Of a DNA stretch of 64,000 nt, positions 22,945-36,338 are shown one piece after another. A model generated the notes under the pieces. It made no database searches and was not told where the DNA came from. It saw only the letters and a program-made list of their open reading frames with translations. The stretch is from positions 1,416,457 through 1,480,456 of the forward strand of contig NW_003314279.1 in NCBI RefSeq assembly GCF_000143415.4, read 5' to 3'. How positions within the stretch are numbered: the stretch's first letter is position 1; each line of letters starts with the position of its first letter. The translations under genes were made by a program, and so were the position numbers. The DNA is from Selaginella moellendorffii. Lineage: Eukaryota > Plantae > Lycopodiophyta.

Positions 22945-25590
22945 CGTGAGGGCCAAGTGTACAGCTACAATGCCGTATACTAATATTAGTATAGTGGGAT
23001 TTTGGTAGCCATCAGGTTGGTTTCAATCCGGACCACTTGCTCCTGTATATAAGCTAGGGTTTTTGGGCTAATTGATATGCACATTTTCTGTATTCCCTTT
23101 CTATATTCCATATTTCTGTATTTGTGATGTGTGTAAAGTGTTGGATTGGTTATGGGACGTTGGTTTAAAGTTGAAGCGGTCAAAGTGCGTGTTTGGGTCC
23201 AAGGACACAACTTATCTTAGGTACCGTATTTCTCGTGAAGGTTTGCAAGTTGATCTTGACAAACTTGTAGCCGTTCTAAAGTTCCCTACTTTGAAGTGTG
23301 TGAATGATGTGCAGCGCTTCTTGGGGAAGGTGCAATATCTCGATCGTTTTGTGGATCATCTTTCTGATCGCATTGCACCGTTGCGAGCGTTGCTGAAGTC
23401 ATCAACGTCATCTTTCATCTGGTCTTCAGATTGTGAGTAGGTGTTTGTGAATCTCAAAGAGCTATTGATAACTCCTCCGGTTTTGGTATATCCTAACTAC
23501 ACTCGACCTTTTATTTTGCGGGTAGATGCTTCTAATATTGGTCTTGGAGGTGTGTTGATGCAAGAAAGCCCAAGTATGCTTAGTCAGCATCATCCCATTG
23601 CATATATAAGCCGTACGTTACAACTAGCAAAAATGAACTACTCCACGATAGAGAAGGAGTGTTTAGCAGCAGTTTGGGGTTTCGAGAAACTTCATGTCTA
23701 TCTATATGGTTCTCGGACATTACTTGAAGATGATCATGCTGCCGTTACTTCATTATTGAAGTGGAAGAACCTAGTTGGTCGTACTACTCGGTGGGCTTTG
23801 AAGCTTCATATATATAATTTTGATGTTGTTCATTGCCCAGGGAGTTTTATGGCTAATGCTGATGCCCTTTCTCGAGCTCCTCTTCCTTCTCCACTCTCTT
23901 CTCATGTTTCTGATGAGCCTATTGTTCCAGCATCTGTGGATTTTCTAGACGAGGATTCTATGCCGTCGGTAGTTGCTATACTTGACGTTCAGTGTCCACA
24001 AGGTGCAGAGCAAGATCTACCTTTGCTTGATGAGGTTCGTGAGGCTCAACAGATTGAGCTGTGGATTTGAAGGCTTCCAGATGGGTTTGAGAATCCTGCA
24101 TCACTTGCTGATGACTTGCCTTTTCGGCATTTACATTCTCAATGTCGTCTTGAAGATGGCCTTCTTTATTTTGTGGGGACGGATCCTGATGATCATTTAC
24201 GGCTGGTGGTGCCTTCTATCTTTATTCTGCGATTTCTTCATGCCGACCATGATTCTCCTATTCTAGGTGGGCATATGGGACATTGTCGTGTGGCCGAGAA
24301 GCTGTGCAGATCTTTCTATTGGCTGGAGATGCGATGTGATATTATTCGGTATGTGCGTAACTATGTTTGGTGCCAAGCTCGTAATACTCCTCCTTGTGCT
24401 GCGGAAGGACGGTTGGAGTCAATTGCAGTCTCCCGTCCATTTGAGTTGGTGGTGTTTGATCTTATGGGACCTTTTCCATGGTTGACTGTTGGCAATGAGT
24501 ATGTTATTATTGCTTTTGACTACTTGACTCGTTGGGTGGAAGTTGGTGCTCTTGCTAGCGCCTCTGCAACTGCTGTTGGATACTTCCTCCTCAATCGAGT
24601 GGTGTTCCAGCATTCTTGTCCAGAGCGAATTCTTTTAGATAATGGTCCTGCATTTATGGCTGAGGCATTTCATGTTTTGACATCTCGGTTGGGGATATGC
24701 CACACTTTCATGAGTGCTTATCATCCACAGCCAAACGGTCTGGTGGAACGGCTCGTTCGGACATTCAAAGGGATGATTGTGAAGTATGTGAACTTTCAGC
24801 ATTTGGATTGGGATGGTTATTTGCCGTCTCTTTGGTATGCCTATGTCACAAGGGTGCAAAGTTCTGTTGGTGCTTCACCATATAAACTCCTATATAGTTA
24901 TGATCCAATATTACCAATAGAGTTGGGTTTACCTTCACGATTGCTACAAGCTCCCGATGCTAGGTCGTGGGATCAATATTTGACGAGCATTCTTCCACTT
25001 GTCTGAGCAGAGTCTACCGAACACTTAAGCCGCATACAAGTGGGACAACAACGGCGCTACAACTCCCATCATCGTCCACCTGCGGAGTACAAAGTGGATG
25101 ATTTGGTGTTAGTCCGGTTTCCCTATCTTACGGTACGTGGTTTATCTAAGGCGCTCCTTGCACAGTGGAAAGGACCATATCGAGTGTTGTGGCAAGTTGG
25201 ACCATAAGTTTATAAGGTTCGGCATGACATTCAGTAGGCCGATCCTCCAGAGATTGTGCATGTTTAGCGGTTGAAACGCTTCATACAAAGGGATCAGGAG
25301 CAATTAATACCATCTACAGATCCACCGATGCCTCCTCCTAACATTCCTCTAGATCCTGGCCCGTCTATAAGAGAACCCTAACGGCCTTCCATTATTCCGA
25401 GAGGAGGGGATGATGTGAGGGCCAAGTGTATGGCTACGATGCCGTATACTAATATTAGTATAGTGGGATTTTGGTAACCATCAGATTGGTTTCAATCCGG
25501 ACCACTCGCTCCTGTATATAAGCTACAGGCTAATTGATAATTGGGCTAATTGATATGCACATTTTTTGTATTCGCTATCTATATTCCAAG
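22945..25590 (+). mobile_element. Internally deleted, degenerate Ty3/Gypsy LTR retrotransposon (RT C-terminus, RNase H, integrase)
   Basis: Direct repeats at 22945-~23110 and 25414-~25590 (gtgagggccaagtgta...tgtatataagcta). PPT gagaggagggga at 25399-25410. Pol motifs DASNIGLGGVL, NYSTIEKECLA, ADALSR, integrase DLMGP..DNG..AYHPQPNGLVER, WKGPY. In-frame stops end at 23440, 24070 and 25006. Confidence 0.92.
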
Positions 25591-26489
25591 CACTCACAAG
25601 CACTTTTATATATTGCTAATAATAATTTCTTTTTAAGTTACTCTTTGGATTTATGTAAGCGACTAAATTTTCCATTCTACTTTAGTCACTTAACCACACC
25701 TTCGACCACTTGGAGGAGTCTCATTCACAACCTCCATAAGTCCTATTATGGACTTGGGGACTTGCTAGCCCCAAGAATGGCATCTGTGCCACTCAACCAT
25801 TTCACTTGGTCCAAATGCTCCACGTGTCCAATCCCATGGCCGACACCCAAAGGTACCACTAACATATTGGCCCATTACGCTAAAGCTATGCCTATTCACT
25901 TTTGCCGCATTGGTGGTCCAATACCACTTGCATGCTACTAGATCAAGGCCCGCAGGCCCGGCCACTAAGTCCCATTATCCTCTGGGACTTCCTCACCATG
26001 TGACTGTATCTTTAGTCACTACACTAAAGGATTGTTCCTCCTCCTTTCCCCAGTTTGGGACTTTGGGACAACATTTCAGAACACCGTGGCCCTACGTGAG
26101 CCCCGTGGGTACTCTCCCCACCTTCCGCCTTTAGGTGCTCTAGCCATGGGCTTAGAGTGAGGTTCTATTGAGCCACACCAGGTATCCAAGTAGGTAGTGC
26201 CACCCACACTTGGACTTGGAGCATTGCCCATTTGATCTCCCGGGGAAACTAGAGCCGACTCTTGAACACTTCACCAAGCTACCCCGTTTGACGATTCATA
26301 TTCACTCTAGCATTGGACCTCCCAGTGGCTATCCTGTCACCCAACACCTGGGTATAGCCTTCCTGAGCCAAACTAGCCTTTCCTAGCCAAATTGGCTCTA
26401 CTGGAGTCCTCTCCCTACTATACTTTTGGAGCTCACCAAACCCCCCAAGGTCTGGGAGATGAACGCTTTGGGCTTTCACCCTCTCAGAC

Positions 26490-26870
26490 TCGAACTCGGA
26501 CTCAGACTTAGACTTAGACTTGGGCTCGGGCTCGGTCTCGGTCTCGGTCCTAGTGTCGGTCTCGGTCCCGGTCTCGATCTCAGTCTTGGTCTTGGTCTCG
26601 GTCTCGACTTCGGACTCCATCTCGGGTCCTTCTCGGACTCCATCTCGGATTCCATCTCGGGTCCATCTCAGACTCTATCTTAGGTCCATCTCGGACTCCA
26701 TCTCAGGCCCATCTTGGACTCCATCTCAGACTCCATCTCGGGTCCTTCTCGGACTCCATCTCAGATTCCATCTCGGGTCCATCTCGGACTCCATCCCAGA
26801 TCCTTCTCAGACTCTATCTCGGACTCCATCTCGGTCTCCATCTTGGGTTCATTTCGGACTCCATCTCAGA
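26490..26870. repeat. Minisatellite in LTR: (GGTCTC/GGACTC)n followed by (GGACTCCATCTC)n
   Basis: Directly visible 6-bp and 12-bp periodicity. Confidence 0.9.
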
Positions 26871-29085
26871 CACTTCCACATGTCATGTGTTGGTCCTCTT
26901 GTATCCCTTTTCTAGAGACTCACTTATTGCTCGCTTCGTGCTTGTTTCTCGAGCCCTTCGTTGGGAGTTGCACTCTTGCTGTCGACCTTTCAGGTCAGAG
27001 CTTTTAGTCCAAACATGTTATGCTTGTTTGGCTTTTGCTTCGGCCACTACCACATGGCACGCTTTTGGCTCCATTTTGGGGCTTAGAGATTTGTGTCTCA
27101 CAACTCCACCACCCATAAATGAAGTTTGATGTCCTCATTGAACGATAAACCATTTTATAAAGTAACACCAGCATGTATTACCTTTTCCATCTTTGGCACT
27201 TAGCTAATATTTGTCAATAGTTTGACATTGAAGGCTCACCATGCTTTATCCAACCTCTAAGGAGCATAGTGTCTCCAACATAGAGACTCATTTAACCACT
27301 TTAGGTGGTTCTCTCCTTTTTATTGGTTTAGCTCTCGCTAAACCTATTAGAGACACCTTCTCTACCTCAATCCCACTACTCATTCTTAAGTGGTCTTAAC
27401 TTCTATTAATATAACCAGTTTATTTTGGAACTTTTAATTTTGACTTCTTGAAAGTCAATTTCCTTGGTGTCTCTGACACCTTTCATTGCACATATTGTGT
27501 AACTTCACTTCCCCATCTTAGGAAGTTCTCCAATTAAGGGCACCATCATCCTCTTTTCTATTTTGTGCCACCTTTGGCACTAAGTTCTAACTATCGTAAG
27601 TTGTGCTAGAGTTGTCTATAGCCCTATCATTTGGCTACTTTGCCGCTCCTTCCCTTGGAGCTTTCACCTTTGCTAATTTGGAGCATTTGGGGATCCATCC
27701 TTGGAAACACACTTCCTTTCTCACAATCCGTTAGTATCTAACACTTTAGTGTTCCATGCTTAACTTTGCCATTTGGATTCCTTCCAATGAACTCCATGGC
27801 CCACACTTGGCCACTAGTCTTTTGCTTTTATTTGTTGATTGTTGCATTGAGTAATATAGAATTACTACCTCAATTCTCGAGGTATCTTTTTGGTTCCATG
27901 GCAAAGGCTCTACTTTGCTAAGTCTAGAAGGTGCTCACCCCTAGTAGATCTCTTTAGCATTTTTTGTTACGGGCTCCGTCTGCAACCCAACTTTGCGACC
28001 CTCTTATGGGTCTCTCCTAAAGACTACTTTCTTGGACTTATTATACCATCGTATTAGCATGAATGATTTCCCTTTAGGTGTCCTTCCCACTTGGTCATTT
28101 TGACCAAGCCACACCATTCTCAATAGTTCAACTCAACACTTTGAACTAGGGATTATATTCCTTAACCCAAACAAAGACTTTGTCCTTGTTTAGCTATAAG
28201 ATCACCTAGTAACTTCATCTTAACCCCTTAACAGGTCTATCAATAGGGTCTTCTAGACCCTTTTAAATTGTTGACTATGACCCTGGGGGCATCCCCCATA
28301 CTTGGCGGTGTGCCCAAGCCAGCCTTTCCGGCCAAGGATCCATAGCAATTAAGATTGGGTGTCCCCATCTCCTTCACCACGTCTTTAGTGCCCTTTGCAC
28401 CAAAGTGTTTAAGTTAGATATGCCGAGCTTTCACTCTAATCAATCTAACTGTGCATCACGACTCCGGGGCATCCCCCGCTTGGCAGTGTGCCCAAGCCAA
28501 TCTCCTCATTAAGTGTCCATGACCACCGAAATATGAGTGTTCTTATATTCCAAACCATCACCATGCCCTGGTGATTTGGGACTCGAACCCAAGCACTAAA
28601 GGGTCGAGACTCGAACCCAACCTCCGCATATGCATCTACGGATGGCATTACACACGATGCCTGGCATGACTCCCCACACTGGTGCACCAATTTATATCCA
28701 AAGCATGCTACAGATTATAGCTTAGGAACCTAGTCCCTCCAAATTGTTAAGTCCTCTTACTTGACAAGTCTATGATCATGCATGGATTCCTCCATGTTTG
28801 GCCCCATGGGTCACCCCTTTTGAAGTTAGCACCTTCAACTAGGGGATTCGTTCCCCTGGCTTGCCACTCTCGCTTAGCAAGTCATCTGACCAATGTAATA
28901 TGGTTTCATGCATAAGCGTGAAAGTCTTTGACCATTGACTTTCGTTCAAAGTCATCCCTTTGAACACTCGGGAACTACTTTTCAAGCTTGATAATGTTGC
29001 CTTATGGCAAGCTTCAAAACCATGCTTTTGCTGCACCACTTTGATTTTGCGTGTTTTATGAATTATTTACACTTGGCTTTCTAGG

Positions 29086-31997
29086 TATAGCTTCAAAACA
29101 CGAACACAACATTCAATTTTTTGAACTCGAACATGGAACATGGAAATGAACACGGATAAACACGGGTGAAAACACAAATATTCTCTAGAATATTCTACTT
29201 ATCACTCCATCTCATCTAGAAGCTCCTCATTAGCAAGATCATCGTCTTCGTCTTCGTCCTCTTTTTCCATAGCTTCAATATCAGCATTAGTAATTTGAGG
29301 AATACTTCCTGTCTAGCTCAATCCCACAAACTTGTCATAGGAAGTGTGGCTCCCTATCAACTTGGTATTACTGGCCACAAATACCAAGTCTGCAATCCGG
29401 CTCACTACTAAGCAATTCCTCTTCTTTGAAGTGATATGGCCAAAAATGCTGAACAATCGCTCCACAGATGAGGAAGAACTTGCCTGACTAAGCACTTGAA
29501 TTGCCAACCTCTGCAAATCTGGACTTGAGTAACCATTGTCCTCCCACCACTACATAGAACCCTTTGTTGTACGATCCATCTAAGAGTCCCCGGTGCCAAA
29601 ACTACCCTCCAAGTTCCTGTATTGGCAAAGCTGATTTTTTATAGTTGACCTTTGCTGATAGTCAGGGAATTGGATCTCCAAGTACATGTTCCAATCTTTG
29701 GAAACTTCCCTGGATTTTTCCTGTCCTCGCCCTTGAAACTCTGGATCAAGCATGTATGCCACGGAGTGAAAGGTGCTATGATTAGCCCACCACTTGTTTG
29801 AAATCAGTTCATTTAGCTCCTCATACCTAAGATTGTTCTCCTCTTGTTGACGGATGTTCTCGCTCATCTGATCCATCCCCTCGTAGACCTTCCCAATCAC
29901 AGGCACATCTCCGTCAACCATCCGTAGCAAATACATCACCCTCCTTGAAACACCCAACATGTGGTTAACCTCGTTCCAGTATGTATCGTTGAACACAATT
30001 CCTCGGCATGCTATCCCAGAATCTGTCCTTGACTCTAGCCTTGCATTGTAAGCGTCGCTCACAAACATTTGTTGTAGCTTTGGCCTCAGCTCCACCAATC
30101 TCTCCATTATAAGAAAGTTGAAGGCAAATCATGTTTCGCTGAACTTCAACACTCGTCGTGAAGAGAAGGATGCCAAAATCGCTACTAGATGCGAATGGTT
30201 CCAGAGGAAGCCAACCAGAGTCTTTCCCTTGTCTAGCAGCCCAACCATCCATGGTAGTTTTGTGAAATCCTTGAGAATGTTGTTCAAACAATGAGCTAAG
30301 CATGGAGCCCACAAAATCCTTGGCTTCCTCGCCTCTAGAAGCCTAGTAGCAGCCTTGTTTGAAGCCTCACCATCCGTGACAATAAGAACAACATTCTCCT
30401 CTCCAACAATCTCGATACCTCACTCCCATGTCGCAAAAATGTTATCAGCCGTCTTCCCACTAGAAGATATATCAATGGCCTCAAGAAAAGTCGACTGTCC
30501 TTTGCTGTATGCAACAAGCCCCATGATATGTCAATTTCTTGTGTCATTCCATGCATCAGCAACAAGAGTAACCCCACAATTCTTCCAACGTGCCTTCACT
30601 TTGGCAAGTTGAACTTCAAGATTGGCTTTCTCCACTTGCATCAATTGCTCTCGCAATGCTGTCTCTGTTGGAAGATCGTAGGGAATTCCATGCCTTGCAA
30701 TCTGCTGCACCATCTCCTTGAAATGGTGAGAACGAGCTTTCACAAATGGTATGTGCTCATTCCAGAAAAATCGTCCTATAATCATATCCACTGCTTCCTT
30801 CCTTTTTGGATCAAAAGAATCCCAGATTCCTTGCTGTTGTTGCAAAAAAAAACCTAGAAATTCCTTCTACAGAATTGCCACTTGGTGTAGAACTCTGGGA
30901 AGCAACAAAACTCTCTCCTCCAGTGCTTTGGATGCCTTTGACACGTGTAGAAACTGCTCGTTTCTTGCTTTGGTGTTTTCTAGCCAAAACCTGGTCATCA
31001 ATGGTTTTAGCCATCTCCCTAAGTTGTTGTCTCTTCTCTGCTGAGATGACATCACAACTTAAGATTTCATGACCAGCTTCCCTTGTGAGATGTCCCCTCA
31101 CATGATCCACACCTGAAACTTTGTCTCTCAACAAACATCACTTGCAAGACTAGTGTCGATGCCCACTATGGCAGTTTGTTTGATCATCAAGGATCACTTC
31201 TTCCCACCAAACGGATGATGGATGTCGCCCTATTGAAGTCCTCCTGCTCTAGCTCCCAGATGCCATCACTTAGCTCAACCTCTAAAATCCTGCACCTGCT
31301 TCTACTCCAATCCACAATCACTCAGTCCAACCTCTAAAATCCCACACCCTGCTGCTGCTCCAATCCACAATTGCTCAGCCTCTAAAATCCCACACCCTGC
31401 TCCTGTTCCAATCCACAATCGGTCACACCCTGCGCCTAAATTTTTTTTGAAAAACTCAAAATTTTAGAATCACGCCGTCAATAACACAATCGCAACACCA
31501 AGCAACTAAGAATCACAGCAATCTACAAAGATGCAGTGCCAAGCAGCTAAGAATTATGGCAGAAGCAATCCAAGGAGAAAATTTGGGAGAGAAAATCTAC
31601 AAACCTGGAGACAATGATCAAGAATTTTTTGCAACGAAATCAAGCGTGGCTAAGCGCCATTCCTCCCACTCCAGCGCTAGAATCCTAGAGAGGGCATTCC
31701 CAGCCCAAGAAAATCGCCATAGATCGCTGGAAAAACCTTTTGATTGATTGTAGGAATTTTTGATTGATCACAAGACAAGAAAACATCAAAGCGCAAAACG
31801 CTCACGTGAACCACGTGAGCTATTGTTTTAGAACATGGTGTGGTCACATGGTATTTGACCGTGTTTCAACCGTGTTTGGAGCCGTGTTTTGGAGCATTGA
31901 CCGAGTCAATGAACACGGCCCGTGTTAACACGGCTGGAGGCTGTGTTCGTGTCACCACGCCAACACGCCATGGTGCACGGTGTGTTTTGAAGCACTG
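29086..31997 (-). mobile_element. hAT-superfamily DNA transposon with pseudogenised transposase, nested in the LTR element
   Basis: 8-bp TSD TTTCTAGG at 29078-29085 and 31998-32005. TIRs tatagcttcaaaacac / gtgttttgaagcactg. Subterminal CACGG/CCGTG repeats. Transposase pieces: GVTLVADAWND, WAPCLAHCLNNILKD, AYMLDPEF and the dimerisation motif LAIQVLSQASSSSSVERLFS. Several stops and frameshifts. Confidence 0.93.
31275..31440. repeat. ~45-50-bp tandem repeat (about 3 copies) upstream of the hAT transposase
   Basis: ctctaaaatcc(c)acaccctgct.ctg.tccaatccacaat is repeated. Confidence 0.75.
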
Positions 31998-34900
31998 TTT
32001 CTAGGTACTACGCTACCTAGAATTGTCTTTGGGAACCTTGAAGGAACTCTATCCCTTAGTTTGTTAAAGCCTCTCCTTTCGTAAGTTTTTTAATTGCTAT
32101 ATGGTCTAGCATGGACAATTCCATGCTTTAGACTCTTCATAGCACCATAGTTACTAGTAACAACATGTTCGAGCACCCACTTGATTCCTCACTCTCAACT
32201 GACATAACTACCATTGGTTATGCTCTTCGATTTCTATGATTTGGTTCTATCCTCTTACTACTTGCTTTTGGCCTCACACATTTCCTTCGGTTATTTGCCT
32301 CCAAACTAGGAGGATGGCTTTGCACTTTCTACCATGCCTTAGCAAGTATTCTTGGGGATGAACCTACCTAATAGCTTAGGGAGTGGTTCCTCAATCTGGG
32401 TATGCTCACTTTATAATCCTACACACCAAAATTAATGTTGCTACATATAGGCCTTTATATGCCCATCACTAGCCTTGCCAAAATTCCATTTTTTGCTTTG
32501 TATAATTTGGGTAAACGGATTTTTCCCGTCTTCGCAACCTTGGAGGTTTGGATAGCACATTCTATCTATCATTCGCTAAGGACTTAGTCCCTTGGGCCTT
32601 ATCTATTGCTCTCGCAACATCAAACAACACTTTCTAGTGTTTTAGAGTGTTTGGGTGTCCTAATGATGGCATCTTTGCCAATGAGCATTCCCTTTTATGA
32701 CATTGACTTACTATATTGGCATATAAACAATTTATTTCCCCATAAAGGTATATCTAACTTCCTTATGCCATTAAAAAGTCTTAGATAGCTACCTGTTACC
32801 AGTTTAACCGATTATTTTGCACCTTATGCTTAGTTGCTTCATAATTGTCAAGTCCTACAACTCATTGCTGGTGCTTCCACACCTCCATCATTATCTGGGT
32901 CACCACACTCCAATTGCATGCTTTTCAATTTAGGCTATGCCATTCCTATTTCCATTAAGATTCCTTTGGAAAGGAGTTCTCGTGAACCCGCCAACTCATC
33001 TTAAGGCATCATGCCTTGGCACATTCGATGTCTCTTCACCATCGACTTCACGAGCCTACCTTTATGACACTTTTTACTTGTGTCTAAGTCCTTGCCAAGA
33101 CCAATACAGTTCTTTCTCATACCAACTATCCGTTAGCACTGCACCATAGAGTTTACTCACAACTTTGTGTCAAAGTTGTTTTCTTTTGGGAACACCTTCC
33201 CCACAACTTTAGTATGGCACATTCCGCCATCAATGAAATACTCATTGCTCTCATACTTGGATCCTATGATCCTCCCCAACCTTTGTGGGGCACAACACAC
33301 CTCAGTCCAAATGCTTTTAGCAATCCTTTATGACCATTCCTTAACTTTACTTGAGTCATTTAGCATTTTTGGACTTTAAAATCTAATGACCCATAATGTC
33401 TTACTTGAGGTGCCAGCTCGCTAGAATAAACCATAAAGGAATCACAAAATTATCCTCATATAATTAAGGTTGGTGCTCATGAATTTGATACCAGAATTAA
33501 TGACCGTGGAAGGTCAAATATGGGAAAGGACACAAGTCCTTGAAATGGTAGCCGAGGCTACCCTTGATAAATGCTACAACAACCCAAGGAGTTGGGGGTG
33601 TAATTAAGGATGAGTTAGTATTTTCATCACATGGACAAGTAGTTCAAGGGCAAAGGTTGCCCCAGGGAACAACATCAAGTGGTAGAGTGACACTTACAAA
33701 GATGGTCCTTATAAGTAGGATATGAATACAAGAAGTTGTCTTTATTTTTCCTATGATCCCAACTATAGTTGTTTACCACAACTACATTAGCTGAGTCAAA
33801 CGTTCATCTGGATCACATCCTCAACTCTTTGAGGAAAACTTTATACTGTTCCCAAGATCTCGAAGTCGTTCCATTATTGGCCCTTTTCTATCCACCACCT
33901 CACCTACTAGTTCACACATAAACTATAGTGGAGAGCCATGTCTTCCCGACTTGCTACTCCTCATAGATAGGCCCACTTCTAGGACCTTTCGATGCCAACA
34001 CTAATGGTGATATACTTGAGCACCAATAAAAGTTAGACTAAGGAATAGCTCCAATACTAGATTATAAGTGACTAAAATTTCCATTCTACTTTAGTCACTT
34101 AACCACACCTCCGACCACTTGGAGGAGTCTCATTCACAACCTCCATAAGTCCTATTCTGGACTTGGGGACTTGCTAGCCCCAAGAATGGCATCTGTGCCA
34201 CTCAACCATTTCACTTGGTCCAAATGCTCCACGTGTCCAATCCCATGGCTGACACCCAAAGGTACCACTGACATATCAGCCCGTTACGCTAAAGCCATGC
34301 CCATTCACTTTTGCCACATTGGTGGTCTAATACCACTTACATCATAGTCTCATCTCTCCAAGATTGGGCCATCCGTCCATGAATAGTCATCCCAGATCCA
34401 CTCCTTAGCATCCTTAGGATGCCCACATATATGGGGAATAGCCTTCTCTAATATCCTTTTGTCAGTTCCTACCAAGTCCCTTTTCTGTCCATGGCTATGT
34501 TAGCCATGGACATTGCCACTAGATCAAAAACTATAGGCCCGGCCACTAAGTCCCATTGTCCTCTGGAACTTCCTCACCATGTGACTGTATCCTTAGTCAC
34601 TATACTAGAGGACTGTTCATCCTCCTTTCCCCAATTTGGGACTTTGGGACAACATTTCGGAACACCATGGCCCTATGTGAGCCCCATAAGTACTCTCCCC
34701 ACCTTCTGCCTTTAGGTGCTCTAGCTATGGGATTAGAGCGAGGTTCTGTTAAGCCACACCAGGTATCCAAGTAGGTAGTGCCACCCACACTTGGACTGGG
34801 AGCATTGCCCATTCGATCTCCCAGGGAAACTAGAGCTATCTCTTGAACACTTCACCAAGCTACCCCGCTTGACGGTTCGTATTCAATCTAGCCTTGGACC

Positions 34901-35044
34901 TCTCTGTGGCTATCCCGTCACTCAACACTTGGGTACAGCCTTCCTGGGCCAAACTGGCCTTTCTTGGCCAAACTGGAGTCCTCCCCCTACTATACTTTTG
35001 GAGCTCACCAAACCGGGAGATAAACGCTTTGGGCTTTCACCCTC

Positions 35045-35460
35045 TCAGACTCGAACTCGGACTCGGACTTAGACTCAAACTCAGACTTGGGCTCGGTCTC
35101 AGCCTCGGTCTCGGTCGCAGTCTCAGCCTTGGCCTCAGTCTCGGTCTTGGTCCCGGTCCCAATCTCGGTCTTGGTGTCGGTCTCAACTTCGGACTCCATC
35201 TCAGGTCCTTCTCGAACTCCATCTCGGATTCCATCTGGAGTCTATCTCGGACTCCATCTCGGGTCCATCTCGGACTCCATCTCGGACTTCATCTCGGGCC
35301 CATCTCAGACTTCATCTTAGACTCCATCTCGGGTCCTTCTCGGACTCCATTTCAGATTCCATCTCGGGTCCATCTTGGACTCCATCTCAAATCCTTCTTG
35401 GATTCCATCTCGGACTCCATCTCGGACTCCATCTTGGATCCATCTCGGACTCCATCTTGG
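35045..35460. repeat. Second copy of the LTR minisatellite (6-bp and 12-bp units)
   Basis: GGACTCCATCTC array with a different unit count from 26490-26870. Confidence 0.9.
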
Positions 35461-35896
35461 ACACTTCCACATGTCATGTGTTGGTCCTTTTGTATCCCTT
35501 TTCTAAAGACTCACTTATTGCTCGCTTTGTGCTTGTTTCTCGAGCCCTTCGTTAGGAGTTGCACTCCCGCTCTCAACCTTTCAGGTCGGAGCTTTTAGTC
35601 CAAATGTGTTATGCTCGTTTGGCTTTCGCTTCGGCCACTACTATGTGGCATGCTTTCGGCTCCATTTTAGGGCTAAGGGATTTGTGTCTCACAATTTATA
35701 ACAAAGAAACAAAGTTTGATTATCACTACAATTATAAAATCACATATTTAATATTATTTATTGTTACATGTAAACTATTTACTATATATATGCCATTGGT
35801 AAATAGTAGTTTTCGTTTTTTAAATATCCAATAGAAATATTGTGCAATATTAAAATAGAATCTAATAAATATAAAGCTAATAAAAATTAATTAATT

Positions 35897-35903
<7 letters not shown>

Positions 35904-35968
<65 letters not shown>
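35904..35968. repeat. (TA)n microsatellite
   Basis: Uninterrupted TA run. Confidence 0.98.
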
Positions 35969-35971
<3 letters not shown>

Positions 35972-36338
35972 TGCCGATCTAAAATATAAAAATGTAAAAA
36001 AATAAAAAAATAAAAAGTAAAAATTTACCTAAATGGTCTTCCATAGGATTTTCTCAATCCTGCACAATTGATTTGAGGTAAAATAATTTTGTTTTGTACC
36101 ATAAAGTAATTGCTTTCGAGTTACATTTGTCGAGATCATGACATGAGTATCCTATACTTTCTCCTTGGACAAAAGTAATTTAGAATAAATTACTTTATAG
36201 CACAAGATAAAATTATCATACATTAATTTGATTATGCACAACTAAGGATTGAAAAAATTTTATGAAGGGCATTTAAATTGTTTTTTAATTCTTTAATTTT
36301 TTTGTTTTTCTACATTTTTATGTTTTAAATCAACAACC
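35969..36338. mobile_element. Hairpin MITE (~370 bp), TA-flanked (Stowaway/Micron-like)
   Basis: gactgccgatctaaaatataaaaatgtaaaaa pairs with tttttctacatttttatgttttaaatcaacaacc. Inner arms also pair (36050-36111 with 36188-36257). TA lies on both sides. Confidence 0.7.

Larger units (their letters stand above)
25655..35693 (-). mobile_element. Decayed LTR retrotransposon (probably Ty3/Gypsy) with long LTRs: 5' LTR ~33500-35693, truncated 3' LTR 25655-27102
   Basis: 25655-27102 is repeated at 34065-35693, and both copies start TGTGAGACAC on the minus strand. A PPT-like GGGTGGTGGAGT precedes the left copy. A PBS-like TGGTATCAAA (tRNA-Met type) lies at 33484-33493 on the minus strand. The internal region has only eroded pol-like remnants. 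Confidence 0.8.

Noticed and set aside
26490-26870. CRISPR-like appearance of the repeat arrays (also 60175-60345)
   Set aside because: No unique spacers, no cas genes, and a eukaryotic intron-containing context.
26279-27129. ORFs with SISDSISG / LGLGLG / ETETE repeats (also 34894-35598)
   Set aside because: They are translations of the LTR minisatellite in several frames, not genes.
28569-28620. tRNA gene
   Set aside because: Only T-arm/CCA-like motifs are present. I could not build a cloverleaf, so it is kept only as a SINE-like finding.
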